Notes under the pieces: model-generated | Database searches by the model: none | Told to the model about the DNA's origin: nothing | The model's input: the letters and a program-made list of their open reading frames with translations, nothing else | Translations under genes and position numbers: made by a program | Assembly (NCBI GenBank): GCA_050331735.1 | Contig: JBHJGN010000066.1 | Location: forward strand, 10,624 to 74,623 | Length of the DNA: 64,000 nt | Origin: Cyanophyceae cyanobacterium | GTDB taxonomy: Bacteria; Cyanobacteriota; Cyanobacteriia; Cyanobacteriales; JBHJGN01 | Reading direction: 5' to 3' | In this document: positions 49,939-60,783 of the stretch, piece after piece | How the letters are laid out: every line of letters begins with the position of its first letter | Position numbering within the stretch: position 1 is the first letter of the stretch

Positions 49939-50205
49939 TTACTTGAGACTTCGAGAACCAAAACGATAAACTGCACGATGTCCAATCCGAATCACCCAGG
50001 GTTGAGCATCGGGATAGCGCTTATAGAGTTGCTCAGTTGCCATAATTGGCGTGTCAGCTACTTCAAACGCTCCTGTTTCAATGTCGATCGCAACAATTTT
50101 TCCATCGTTGCCTTCCTCAACGTGGAGACGCACCTGAGATTCATACATTTCCTGACCGCGTCGTGCAAATTCCTCCTTGCTGTAGCGGGGTTGTCGAAGC
50201 ATCAT
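49939..50205 (-). CDS. Small conserved protein (DUF5678-like) paired with the retropepsin
   Basis: EEFARRGQEMY, GKIVAIDIETG, PDAQPWVIRIG; ends 6 nt before the protease start. Confidence 0.75.
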   Translation of the reverse strand: MMLRQPRYSKEEFARRGQEMYESQVRLHVEEGNDGKIVAIDIETGAFEVADTPIMATEQLYKRYPDAQPWVIRIGHRAVYRFGSRSLK

Positions 50206-50314
50206 AAAAGCGTTCTCGTTTTACCTTTCCCCTACATCTTATAAAAGCCTATGTGGTTTCGGTCATGCAGTAGAATTGAAAATTTTAGAGCTTCCTCTAC
50301 TCACGCTCTAACCG

Positions 50315-53053
50315 TCATCCTGCTTCTTGAAGCGCTTGCCAGACCCGTTCGGGAATCATCGGTAGCTGCCGCAGTCTTACCCCTGTCGCGTTGGCAACCG
50401 CATTAGCGATCGCCGGAGCCGTACAATTAGTTCCAATCTCCCCAATTCCTTTCGCCCCGAAGGGTCCGTAGGGATCGGCTTTTTCTACTAAGAACACGTC
50501 CATCGGTGGCGCATCGGTAGCGGCGGGGATGCGATAGGTCCGCAAATAGGGATTGAGAATTTTGCCTCGCTCATCGATGCGTAATTCTTCGGCAAGGGCA
50601 TAGCCCAAGCCCATAATAATACCTCCGGTAGCCTGCCCGTGGCAAATTCTGGGGTTGATGGCCGTCCCAACATCGATAGCTTCCACGCAGCGCAGAACTT
50701 TGATCCGTCCAGTTTCGGTATCGACTTCGACTTCTACCCCCATAAAGGCAAAGGTTAACGACGAATTATCGGAGGTGTGTTCTAGTTCTACTTCTAGAGG
50801 TTTGCCTCGTTCAGCGGCAATTTGGGCTAATTCCTTAAGCGTGAGTTTAGCCGAGGGGGAAGTAATATAATCGTTATCCAGCTCTAATTGGTCAGCCTTT
50901 GCTGCTAAAACCTCTGCCGCACCCTGGAGGAGATGCGATCGCAATTTACTCGCCGCTAAATTCACCGCCTGACCAGAGATAAAGGTGGTTGCCGAAGCGT
51001 AAGAACCAGCATCAAAGGGAGTCTGATGAGTATCGGCAGCAATGAGGTCAATCTTCTCAACTGTTGTGCCTAAAACTTGAGCCGCAATTTGTCTTAACGT
51101 GGTATCCGAACCCGTCCCTACATCCACAGCCCCCGTTTTTAGTTGATAGCGTCCATTCGGCTGCAATGAAAGATTCACTCTCGCCCGGTGGATTTTTGCT
51201 AATCCACTCGCCTGCATCGTCGCTGCAAACCCAACGCCTCGCCGCAGAGGGCCATTTGGTTTTTGTTGAGGCTGATAGTTTAGTGCCTGAGTGACTTTCT
51301 CGATACATTCCGTCAGCGCATAGCTGCCAACGATGTGAAAATGTTCTTCTCTGCCAATTAAGATTTCATCTGCGGCAGTGATAAAGTTCTGCTGGCGGAA
51401 GGCGATCGCATCGATGTTTAGTTTCGCCGCAATTTCATCTAGCTGCGACTCTACGGCAAACGTGCCTTGGGTTGCCCCGTAGCCTCGCATCGCGCCAGCA
51501 GGCATCGTATTGGTATAGACTACGGTTCCCTGAAAGCGCTGGTGCGCACAGCGATACAAACCGAGAGGAAAGCAGCCTGTTAAAAAAATGACGGTTTCGC
51601 CGTGATTGCCATAAGCCCCTGTATTAGAAACCGCTGCCATTTCTTGGGCAACAATCGTGCCATCGGTCTTCACCCCAGTTTTGAGATGAATCTTCATCCC
51701 GTGACGGCTGTTGGTGGCGGTAAATTCTTCTTCTCTGGTTAGTCGCCACTGTACGGGCTGCTTGAGGTGCAGCGTTGCTAACGCGCAGAGATCTTCTGTC
51801 AGGATCTCCTGTTTGTTGCCAAACCCTCCCCCGAGGTGGGCTTTATAAACTCGCACTTTTTCTGGAGACAGGTCAAACAGTTCTGATAGCAGCCTTTGGC
51901 AGTGAAAAGGAACTTGGGTACTAGAACGAACAACGAGTGTACCCTCTTCATCTACCCAACTAATGCTGACGTGCGGTTCGAGATGAACGTGCTGTACGGG
52001 CGGGACACGGTAGGTATTTTCAACAATTAAATCTGCTTGGGCAAACCCTTCTTCTAAATTGCCTTTTTCTAGAAGGACTTCTCCGGCAATGTTGCGGGCA
52101 GCATCTTTAATCTGACTCGATTCGGTTTCGTCGTGAATAACGACTTGCCCCTGCATCGCTTCATCGGGATCGACAACGTGGGGTAAGATTTCGTAATCTA
52201 CTTCAATTAAATCGCAAGCCAGGGTAGCGATCGCCTCGGTATCCGCAACGACTGCTGCCACGCGATCACCGATGAAGCGCACTTTGTTATCTAGCAAGTA
52301 ATGGTCAAACGGATCGGGGACGGGTGCGCCGTGTCCGGCGGTACTGTAGGCGCGACGGGATACATCTTCGTGAGTAAAAATTGCCCGTACTCCTTCTAGG
52401 GCTTTGGCTTGACTCGTATCGATGCGCCGAATCCGGGCATGGGGATGAGGCGATCGCACCACTTTGAGGTGTAGCAATCCCGGAGGCGACCAGTCGGCAG
52501 TATAGATGGGTTTCCCGGTGACAATATCGGGACCATCCTGTTTGCGAACGCTTTGCCCCACTTGTCCTGCGACTTCGGTTAGCTGGATCTGCTGTACTGA
52601 ATTGCAGCCTGCCTCTTCATTGCCTTGCAAAATGCTGTCGATAATCGACTGATAGCCCGTACAGCGACAAAGGTTGCCTTCTAATTCGCCTCGTAACTCG
52701 GCTTCTGTGTCATAGTTGAGCTTGGTGGCGGTCATAATCATGCCCGGCGTACAGTAGCCACACTGAAACCCCTGCCCTGCTAAAAAAGCCTCCTGCATCG
52801 AGGTTAAACCACTGGTTGCCAATCCTTCAATGGTTGTCACCTGATGACCATCAACGCGCCTAGCTGGATAGAGGCAGCTATGAATCGGCTGATCGTCTAG
52901 CCACACCGTACAGCTACCGCAATCGCCCGCTTCGCAAACGCGATGAACTCCCTTATAGCCTAGATTCCGTAGTAAGCTTAGGAGGCTCGTTCCAGGATCG
53001 CAGCTAGTTTCGTGATTCTGGGCATTGACTTGAAAATTGAGAGCATCAGACAT
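50315..53053 (-). CDS. Xanthine dehydrogenase family, fused 2x[2Fe-2S] and molybdopterin subunit
   Basis: CEAGDCGSC, QCGYC, NLCRC, GGGFGNKQE, AMRGYG, GAKGIGE (catalytic Glu). Confidence 0.93.
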   Translation of the reverse strand: MSDALNFQVNAQNHETSCDPGTSLLSLLRNLGYKGVHRVCEAGDCGSCTVWLDDQPIHSCLYPARRVDGHQVTTIEGLATSGLTSMQEAFLAGQGFQCGYCTPGMIMTATKLNYDTEAELRGELEGNLCRCTGYQSIIDSILQGNEEAGCNSVQQIQLTEVAGQVGQSVRKQDGPDIVTGKPIYTADWSPPGLLHLKVVRSPHPHARIRRIDTSQAKALEGVRAIFTHEDVSRRAYSTAGHGAPVPDPFDHYLLDNKVRFIGDRVAAVVADTEAIATLACDLIEVDYEILPHVVDPDEAMQGQVVIHDETESSQIKDAARNIAGEVLLEKGNLEEGFAQADLIVENTYRVPPVQHVHLEPHVSISWVDEEGTLVVRSSTQVPFHCQRLLSELFDLSPEKVRVYKAHLGGGFGNKQEILTEDLCALATLHLKQPVQWRLTREEEFTATNSRHGMKIHLKTGVKTDGTIVAQEMAAVSNTGAYGNHGETVIFLTGCFPLGLYRCAHQRFQGTVVYTNTMPAGAMRGYGATQGTFAVESQLDEIAAKLNIDAIAFRQQNFITAADEILIGREEHFHIVGSYALTECIEKVTQALNYQPQQKPNGPLRRGVGFAATMQASGLAKIHRARVNLSLQPNGRYQLKTGAVDVGTGSDTTLRQIAAQVLGTTVEKIDLIAADTHQTPFDAGSYASATTFISGQAVNLAASKLRSHLLQGAAEVLAAKADQLELDNDYITSPSAKLTLKELAQIAAERGKPLEVELEHTSDNSSLTFAFMGVEVEVDTETGRIKVLRCVEAIDVGTAINPRICHGQATGGIIMGLGYALAEELRIDERGKILNPYLRTYRIPAATDAPPMDVFLVEKADPYGPFGAKGIGEIGTNCTAPAIANAVANATGVRLRQLPMIPERVWQALQEAG

Positions 53054-53255
53054 AGATTTTTGTTGATGGTTGATGGTTGATTGCTGTGTATCTCAGTGAA
53101 AAAAATTTGTTGATGGTTGAGTGCTATCTGTCTACTGCGCTTGTGTGGCTAAGTATAAGAAAGGCGATCGCGGTCGAGGGCGGTTTGGGATGGATGTGAA
53201 ATTCACCTACATAGTCGTGACAAGACAATGAACGATCAACCCACCCATCAACAAG

Positions 53256-54092
53256 CTAGAATCTCCGTTCATATTTCATCCCTGTCGTCAATTCGGTTAC
53301 GGTGCGCTGCATCAAAACCTTGGTAATATGCTGACGATAGGGAGCGCTGGCTCTTTCGTCGTCTAAGTAGTCTTCAGCGGGAATCTGAGCGAGGGCTGCT
53401 GCGATCTCTGCTGCGGTGGGAATCGAGGCAACTTCGACTAAGCGCGGTGCGATGACGCTGCCGCCAATGCCAAAGCGGATTTGTGCGGTAGCCTTATTGT
53501 AGGCCGCGACAACAATGGCGATCGCATATCCTGCTGTTGCTACCGCCATGCGCTTAAAACTGGTTTGCCAGCCGATTAAATTCTCTGCGGGGATCCAAAT
53601 TTTCCGCAGCACCTCTCCTGGCTTCAGCATCGTTTGTTGCGGTGCTGTTTGAAAATCGATTGCCTGAACTTGGTAGGGCTCACCTCGAGGATGCCAGATT
53701 TCGTAGCGAGCCTTTAACGCTACCAGCACTGGGGCAAACGTGCTAGCACTCAATGCTAAGCAAACGTTGCCTCCTACTGTTGCCCCGTTCGATAATTTAA
53801 AGGAAGCCAGTTCTCTCACGGCATCTTTGAGAGCTGCTGTCGCTGTCCACTCGCTAGGAAACGCAAAATCTAAGAGAGCGTTTTGCAGACACATAGCACC
53901 AATTACTACCCCCTGGGCAGACACCTCTATTTCTGTCCAGCCTAACTGCTGCATATCGACTAGAGTTTTGATCTGGGGTTGAGGTTCGTTAAAGATCCAG
54001 GTTCCACCAGCAAGCCAGGCCCATTCTGGTTGCCAATCTACCTCTTGCAGCGTCTTTGGCTGTAAATAGGTTTCCACTCTATGTAGGTCCAT
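53256..54092 (-). CDS. Xanthine dehydrogenase family FAD-binding subunit
   Basis: LAGGT, ATVGGNVC, DDERASAPYR. Confidence 0.9.
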   Translation of the reverse strand: MDLHRVETYLQPKTLQEVDWQPEWAWLAGGTWIFNEPQPQIKTLVDMQQLGWTEIEVSAQGVVIGAMCLQNALLDFAFPSEWTATAALKDAVRELASFKLSNGATVGGNVCLALSASTFAPVLVALKARYEIWHPRGEPYQVQAIDFQTAPQQTMLKPGEVLRKIWIPAENLIGWQTSFKRMAVATAGYAIAIVVAAYNKATAQIRFGIGGSVIAPRLVEVASIPTAAEIAAALAQIPAEDYLDDERASAPYRQHITKVLMQRTVTELTTGMKYERRF

Positions 54093-54412
54093 TATTTTTG
54101 CCTATGTTTTATTAAAACCCTTGGCTATTAGCTTCTAGCTAGGGCTGATTTCTCTTCACTATCCAAATAAAATTTTTCTAACTCGTAATTTCTTCTCGTT
54201 CTCTGAGCAAGCTGCTCGCTATTCGCCGTAGGCTATTTCAATCAAGCCGATGCGTAACCTGTCAGTATTCGGGGCTAAGCCCTCAATCTAAAACTATTTT
54301 TATGGCTTATAAATGTTGTTGACATTTTTAACTGATTCTTTTTAGTAAAGATTGTTAGTAAATTCTTTTACATTATTTATTTCTGAACCTATCAAAGAGC
54401 ATTCCAGTCATT

Positions 54413-54455
54413 TGTATCAAAAACTACAATAGTTTATAACTATCTTGAATAAGTT
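54413..54455 (+). promoter_or_regulatory. Class II NtcA-activated promoter for the NCS2-deaminase operon
   Basis: TGTA-tcaaaaac-TACA (GTA 54414, TAC ends 54427), then exactly 22 nt, then TAAGTT (TAN3T) at 54450-54455. Confidence 0.8.
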
Positions 54456-54544
54456 GTTAAATAAGGTAGTATCGAAATTTTCAGAATGCCGAGCTATACG
54501 GCAACGATCTGAAAAATGAATTCTTATTGAGGAGAACCAGAAGC

Positions 54545-55954
54545 ATGAGTCGGAAAGAGCCGTCAACTCTGACCGAAGAAACCAGTCACTCAGATGCCAA
54601 CGCAGGGGGCTTGGCTGGTTTTTTTGATTTTGACCAACTCAATACTAATTTCCGGACGGAAGCTTTGGCAGGAGTGACGACGTTCGTCACAATGGCCTAC
54701 ATTCTCGCCGTCAATCCCGGCATTCTCTCTAATGCGATCTTCTTAGAAGAGTCGGGAGATCTGTTTGGGGAACTGGTTTTTGCGACTGCCATTTCTGCCG
54801 CGATTTCGACGTTGGTCATGGGACTTTATGCTAAATATCCGTTTGCCCTGGCTCCAGGAATGGGAATTAATGCCTACTTTGCCTTTTCGGTCGTTCTCGG
54901 ATTGGGAATCGACTGGCGCGTTGCCCTAGCGGCGGTGTTTGTCGAGGGACTGATTTTTATCGCAATGTCTCTGTCTCAACTGCGAAGCCGCATCGTCACT
55001 GCCATCCCAGACTGTCTTAAACACGCTACTGCTGCGGGAATTGGTTTATTTATTGCCTATATTGCCCTCACGAGTAATTCGGGCATTATTGTCACCGACG
55101 AAGCGACCACCACCAAGCTAGGAGATATCGGTCAGGCGAACACGCTGATGGCGATCGCCGGTATTCTCATAACCTCCGCGTTTATGGCTCGGCGGATCAA
55201 AGGGGCCTTGCTGATTGGGATCCTGGCCACGGCCTTACTCGGCTGGATTTTAGGGGTTGCCCCTTGGCCAGAAGGCATCGTTGGTTTTCCAGCCATTCCC
55301 ACCCACATTGCCGGACAAGCGTTTGTTGGTTTGGGGCAGGTCTTTGAAAACAACGTTTGGAATTTACTGGCGGTTCTGTTCGTTTTTCTGTTTGTCGATA
55401 CGTTTGATACGGTGGGGACTCTTACGGGCGTTGGCGTGAAAGCTGGCTTTGTTAACGACCGAGGAGAACTCCCCAAAGCCAGTCAAGCATTTATGGCCGA
55501 TGCGATCGGTACTACCGTTGGCGCCGCGTTAGGGACGTCTACAGTAGCGACCTATATTGAATCAGCATCAGGAGTATCAGAAGGAGGACGGAGTGGTTTT
55601 ACAGCGGTTGTGACCGCGATTTTGTTCGCGCTAGCCATTTTTTTTACCCCCTTGCTGTCTGCCATTCCGCCGTTTGCGACCGCTTCTGCCCTACTGATTG
55701 TTGGTGTTTTGATGGCGGGTAGCATCACCGAAATTAATTGGAACGATCCGGCTGAATCTATTCCTTCTTTTTTGACAATTTTGTTTATTCCACTCAGCTT
55801 CTCCATTGCTGAAGGATTAGCCGTCGGCTTTATTAGCTATCCTCTCCTCAAATCTTTTCAAGGCAAAGCCCACGAAATCGATCTAACCGTTTGGATTTTA
55901 GCCGCCGTATTTTTGCTTAGGTTTATTTTTCTGGCTTTAGAAATTGGAGCTTAG
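54545..55954 (+). CDS. NCS2/AzgA-like purine permease
   Basis: TFVTMAYILAVNP, APGMG.NA, GIGLFIA, DTFDTVGT, YIESASG..GGRSG; RBS GAGGAG upstream. Confidence 0.93.
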   Translation: MSRKEPSTLTEETSHSDANAGGLAGFFDFDQLNTNFRTEALAGVTTFVTMAYILAVNPGILSNAIFLEESGDLFGELVFATAISAAISTLVMGLYAKYPFALAPGMGINAYFAFSVVLGLGIDWRVALAAVFVEGLIFIAMSLSQLRSRIVTAIPDCLKHATAAGIGLFIAYIALTSNSGIIVTDEATTTKLGDIGQANTLMAIAGILITSAFMARRIKGALLIGILATALLGWILGVAPWPEGIVGFPAIPTHIAGQAFVGLGQVFENNVWNLLAVLFVFLFVDTFDTVGTLTGVGVKAGFVNDRGELPKASQAFMADAIGTTVGAALGTSTVATYIESASGVSEGGRSGFTAVVTAILFALAIFFTPLLSAIPPFATASALLIVGVLMAGSITEINWNDPAESIPSFLTILFIPLSFSIAEGLAVGFISYPLLKSFQGKAHEIDLTVWILAAVFLLRFIFLALEIGA

Positions 55955-56008
55955 TTCGGAAAATAATTGATCAATAAACTAACGAGCAACGAACAAAACC
56001 GACAATGA

Positions 56009-57052
<1,044 letters not shown>

Positions 57053-57065
57053 TCGATGGGCCGGT

Positions 57066-57443
57066 CTAGTCGTGACACTGCTGGCACAGTCCAAAAAATT
57101 CTAGAGTATGATAGTAAACTTTAAACTGATGGGATTTCTCTAAGCGGTTGTCCAGATCGTTGATCGGACATTCTGCGATCGGAGTAGAGGCTCCACAATT
57201 AATGCAGGTTAGGTGATGCTGATCCTGCTGCACTAAGCTATAAAGAGATTCCCCGGTGGCTAGCGTTCGTACCTGGACATCCCCCTCTAACTTTAGAGCT
57301 TCTAAAGCTCTATAAACCGTTGCGAGCCCAATATGCTGCTTGCGGTTGCGGAGTTCAACGTAAAGCTCTTGGGCAGAAATCGCCCGGTTGAGGGTTTGCA
57401 ACAGGTTAAAAATTCGCTCTTGGGAGCGAGTCCGTTTGGTCAT
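57066..57443 (-). CDS. zur: Fur-family regulator, Zur (FurB) type
   Basis: SAQELY, GLATVYRAL, HHLTC..C, YHTLEFFGLC..C. Confidence 0.8.
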   Translation of the reverse strand: MTKRTRSQERIFNLLQTLNRAISAQELYVELRNRKQHIGLATVYRALEALKLEGDVQVRTLATGESLYSLVQQDQHHLTCINCGASTPIAECPINDLDNRLEKSHQFKVYYHTLEFFGLCQQCHD

Positions 57444-57555
57444 TGTTGGCTTGCTTGGAGTCTCAAATTGCCACTATTTATCTTTATTTTAGGCGCTAGC
57501 GTTATTTGGAGGTTTAAATTATAAAAACTCCGAACATCTCGGCAAGCCAAGAAAC

Positions 57556-58575
57556 CTACACAGGACTCTGAGAGGGCAGTTCTTCCGAGTGATAGGAGCG
57601 CGTTGGAGGCGGAAAACCACAGGCAGTGCCGTCTTTATGCACCACCTCGTCTTCCCAGGGCAGACGATAGCAACCGTTGACCAAATCCTTCATATAGGTG
57701 TAGGGGCAATCCGGTGCGCCTCCGTCAACTGCAACATAGCCCCGATGCCCAAACTGATAGATATTGTTTTCTACCCCCCAGTGTATCCGGGCTTCGCGGA
57801 CTAAATCGGGTCGCACCTCCGCCGTAATAATTTCATCAGGACGATGGCTCCCCGTGACTACTGGAGTCCCATCAAAGTTGATAATCATGCCCTCGCCCAT
57901 CGAGTCAAACGTACCGTCGCTGCCGCACATGCACACAGAAGCCGTACACATCAGGTTGCAGAAGGCATTGGCCTGATTGGTAATCTGCCAGGAATGGCGA
58001 ATCGGTGCTGTATAGCCTGCCGTCCGCAACATAATCTCTGCCCCCTTGTAGGCACACTCCCGCGCCATTTCTGGAAACATGCCATCGTGGCAGATAATGA
58101 GCGCAATCGTGCTGCCGTTCGGACCTTCACACACCGGAATTCCCAGATTTCCCGGTTCCCAAGGCTCCACCGGAACCCACGGATGGAGCTTGCGGTAGTA
58201 CAGCTTCAGTTCCCCCTGGTCATCGATAATGATGCCGCTGTTATAGGGATTTCCCTGCGGGTTGTACTCCATGATCGAAAAGCAGCCCCAAATCTGATGT
58301 TCTCTACAGGCTTGGCTAAAAGCTGCGACTTCTGGACCATCTAAACGGCACATAATTTCAGGATTCGTATCCATCGACAAGCCGTGTAGGGAGTATTCAG
58401 GAAACACCACCAAATCCATTGTCGGCATATTGCGCCGTGCCTTCCCGACCAGGCTGCAAATCCGCCCTGTTTGAGCCGCCACATCGTCCGGTGTGATCAC
58501 GTTAGGAAGCTGTAGCTGCACCATTCCTAACACAACTCCGTTGGGAGATTTATTTAAACCACCAAGTCCACTCAT
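57556..58575 (-). CDS. amiF: Formamidase (nitrilase superfamily)
   Basis: VFPEY, YRKLHPWVPVEPW, ICHDGMFPE (Glu-Lys-Cys triad), GVENNIYQ. Confidence 0.9.
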   Translation of the reverse strand: MSGLGGLNKSPNGVVLGMVQLQLPNVITPDDVAAQTGRICSLVGKARRNMPTMDLVVFPEYSLHGLSMDTNPEIMCRLDGPEVAAFSQACREHQIWGCFSIMEYNPQGNPYNSGIIIDDQGELKLYYRKLHPWVPVEPWEPGNLGIPVCEGPNGSTIALIICHDGMFPEMARECAYKGAEIMLRTAGYTAPIRHSWQITNQANAFCNLMCTASVCMCGSDGTFDSMGEGMIINFDGTPVVTGSHRPDEIITAEVRPDLVREARIHWGVENNIYQFGHRGYVAVDGGAPDCPYTYMKDLVNGCYRLPWEDEVVHKDGTACGFPPPTRSYHSEELPSQSPV

Positions 58576-58724
58576 TTTTAATCATCCTCGTTACGTTACA
58601 GACGGTCGAAAAGTTTGGCAGTGAGGGCTAGAGAGTTTTCCACTACCAATCAAGCGGCTCTACTATTATCGTGAGTTACCAACTCACTCGTTGTTTCCCC
58701 TTCCCCCTTCCCCAAAACCTCTGA

Positions 58725-59654
58725 CTAACTATCCTGACTTCCCAACGCTCCCGGAGCCCCCAATGAAGCCCGCGTGGGCGAACAGGTCACAATCATTACG
58801 ATGAGAGTCAAAATGTAGGGAGCCGCGTTAAACAAATAGTAGTAAGAATCGATGCCCACCGTTTGTAGAGCCGGACCAATGGCCTGAGCACCGCCAAACA
58901 GGAGAGCGGCGTAGAGACACTGCACCGGGTTCCAGCGAGCAAAAATAACCAGCGCTACCGCCATGAGCCCTTGGCCGCTAGAGATGCGCTCGTTCCAGCT
59001 ACCGGGGTAGTCAAGAGACAAGTAAGCACCGCCGATTCCGGCTAAGAAGCTGCCGCAGACAATGGCTAGCGTTCGTACCCAAAACACAGAAATGCCCATT
59101 GCTTTCGCTGCCTCGGGATTATCCCCGACGGCTCGAATGTAAATTCCCCAGCGAGTAGAGCGGAAAAACCACTGCATGACGGGGGCGAGCACCGCACCGA
59201 GAATCAACAGGGGGCTAATTTTGAGGGCAGCTCGTACTGGCGGCAGAGCGCTCCAGCGACCCAATTCCAGGGCCGGTAGCTGAGGAGCCACCGGCTGAAT
59301 AAACGGCTTGCCCAGGAAGAAGGCAATGCCGCTGCCAAAAATAATCATGGCGATACCGACAGCAACATCGTTGACTCTCGGCTGCTGAGAAATAAGGGCG
59401 TGAATCGTACCGAGAACCATGCCTGCTACCCCGGCCACCAGAACGCCTAGCCACGGAGACCCCGTCAGGTAGGAAACGGCGTAGGCACTCATCGCTCCCA
59501 TGAGTAGGGTTCCTTCCAGCCCTAAATTAATCTTGCCGCTTTTTTCCGTGAGGCATTCGCCCAAGCTGACAAACAGAAACGGGACGCTGCCCCGCAACGT
59601 GCCAGCCACAATCGCCAGTGGAACTCCCCACCAGCCCAGTTCAGGTGTTGCCAT
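58725..59654 (-). CDS. ABC permease (nucleoside/CUT2-type), subunit 2
   Basis: EKSGKINLGLEG, RAVGDNP.AA..G, GQGLMAVALVIFARW. Confidence 0.9.
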   Translation of the reverse strand: MATPELGWWGVPLAIVAGTLRGSVPFLFVSLGECLTEKSGKINLGLEGTLLMGAMSAYAVSYLTGSPWLGVLVAGVAGMVLGTIHALISQQPRVNDVAVGIAMIIFGSGIAFFLGKPFIQPVAPQLPALELGRWSALPPVRAALKISPLLILGAVLAPVMQWFFRSTRWGIYIRAVGDNPEAAKAMGISVFWVRTLAIVCGSFLAGIGGAYLSLDYPGSWNERISSGQGLMAVALVIFARWNPVQCLYAALLFGGAQAIGPALQTVGIDSYYYLFNAAPYILTLIVMIVTCSPTRASLGAPGALGSQDS

Positions 59655-60702
59655 AGTTCTCCTGCCAGCTCGACCAGCGCCCGTAGAGGGACTCACTAAA
59701 CAAAATCACCAGGAACACTAGCCCCTGGAAGACTAACACGGTCGCATCGGGGAGCTCGTGCGCTCGCTGCAAAATGCCGCCGCTGGCTAGAATACCGCCC
59801 AAAAGCACAGCGACTAACCCCGTGGCGAGCGGACTGTGCCGCGCCACGAACGCCACCAGAATGCCGCTATAGCCGTAGTTAGCGTTTAAAGCCTCACTAA
59901 CCCGACCGTGAACCGCTGCCACCTCTACCATTCCTGCGAGTCCCGCGCAAGACCCGGCGAGAAAGCAAATAGCTAGGGTAAGCTTACCAACCGACAGTCC
60001 AGCAATTTGTGCCGCGCGAACATTGCCCCCAACAGTGCGGGCCGCAAACCCAAAGGTGGTTCGACTAATCAGGAAATAGGCAATCAGGCAGGCCACTAGC
60101 CCGTAGAGTAACCCGTAGTGCACCCGCGTTCCGGGCAGTTCCCCGAGGCGGTAGGGATCGAGCAGCGGATGGGTAGCGGGTCGATTGAGGCTGGAGGGGT
60201 CTCGCATCGGTCCTTCCACCAGTTGATTCATCAGGGCGATCGCAATATAGTTCAGCAGCAGGCTGCTAATGGTTTCGTTCACGCCGCGATAGTGGCGCAG
60301 CGCTCCCACGATGGCAATCCAGACGCCGCCAGCAACGATGCCCGCCCCGGCCATCGCCACCAGAACCACCAGGGGCGCAGCCGATAGCGCTAATCCTACC
60401 GCCACCGCCGCTACACCGCCAACGATTAGCGCTCCCTCGTTCCCGATCACGACTAGACCGATGCGGGCTGGCAGGACCGTACACAACGCGGTCAACATCA
60501 GGGGAGCAGCGCGAATTAGGGTATTTTGCCAAGCATACCAACTGCCAAAAGCCGCTCGATAAATTGAGGCATACACGCCGAACGGATTGGCCCCGGCGAT
60601 CGCACAAAAAATCCCAAACAGCAGCAGCGCCGTAGCGACCGCCGCAATTGGAATCACCACCGCTTCTAGCTTCCTGCCCGGTAGCAGCTTCATCATTCCC
60701 AC
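59641..60702 (-). CDS. ABC permease (nucleoside/CUT2-type), subunit 1
   Basis: IGNEG, GVNETISSLLLNY, G.N..AA..AG, YGYSGILVA. Confidence 0.9.
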   Translation of the reverse strand: MGMMKLLPGRKLEAVVIPIAAVATALLLFGIFCAIAGANPFGVYASIYRAAFGSWYAWQNTLIRAAPLMLTALCTVLPARIGLVVIGNEGALIVGGVAAVAVGLALSAAPLVVLVAMAGAGIVAGGVWIAIVGALRHYRGVNETISSLLLNYIAIALMNQLVEGPMRDPSSLNRPATHPLLDPYRLGELPGTRVHYGLLYGLVACLIAYFLISRTTFGFAARTVGGNVRAAQIAGLSVGKLTLAICFLAGSCAGLAGMVEVAAVHGRVSEALNANYGYSGILVAFVARHSPLATGLVAVLLGGILASGGILQRAHELPDATVLVFQGLVFLVILFSESLYGRWSSWQENYGNT

Positions 60703-60783
60703 TTCATGTCAAGCAACAGCAACAAACCTTTGCCAATGCCGACCCCACTTTTTGAATTGTTCATGCTCGATGTTGCCTTCTCA

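Noticed and set aside
54093-54410. Purine, xanthine or Moco riboswitch in the xdh leader
   Set aside because: I could not find the conserved cores of known purine, Moco or guanidine riboswitches by eye. An Rfam scan would settle it.
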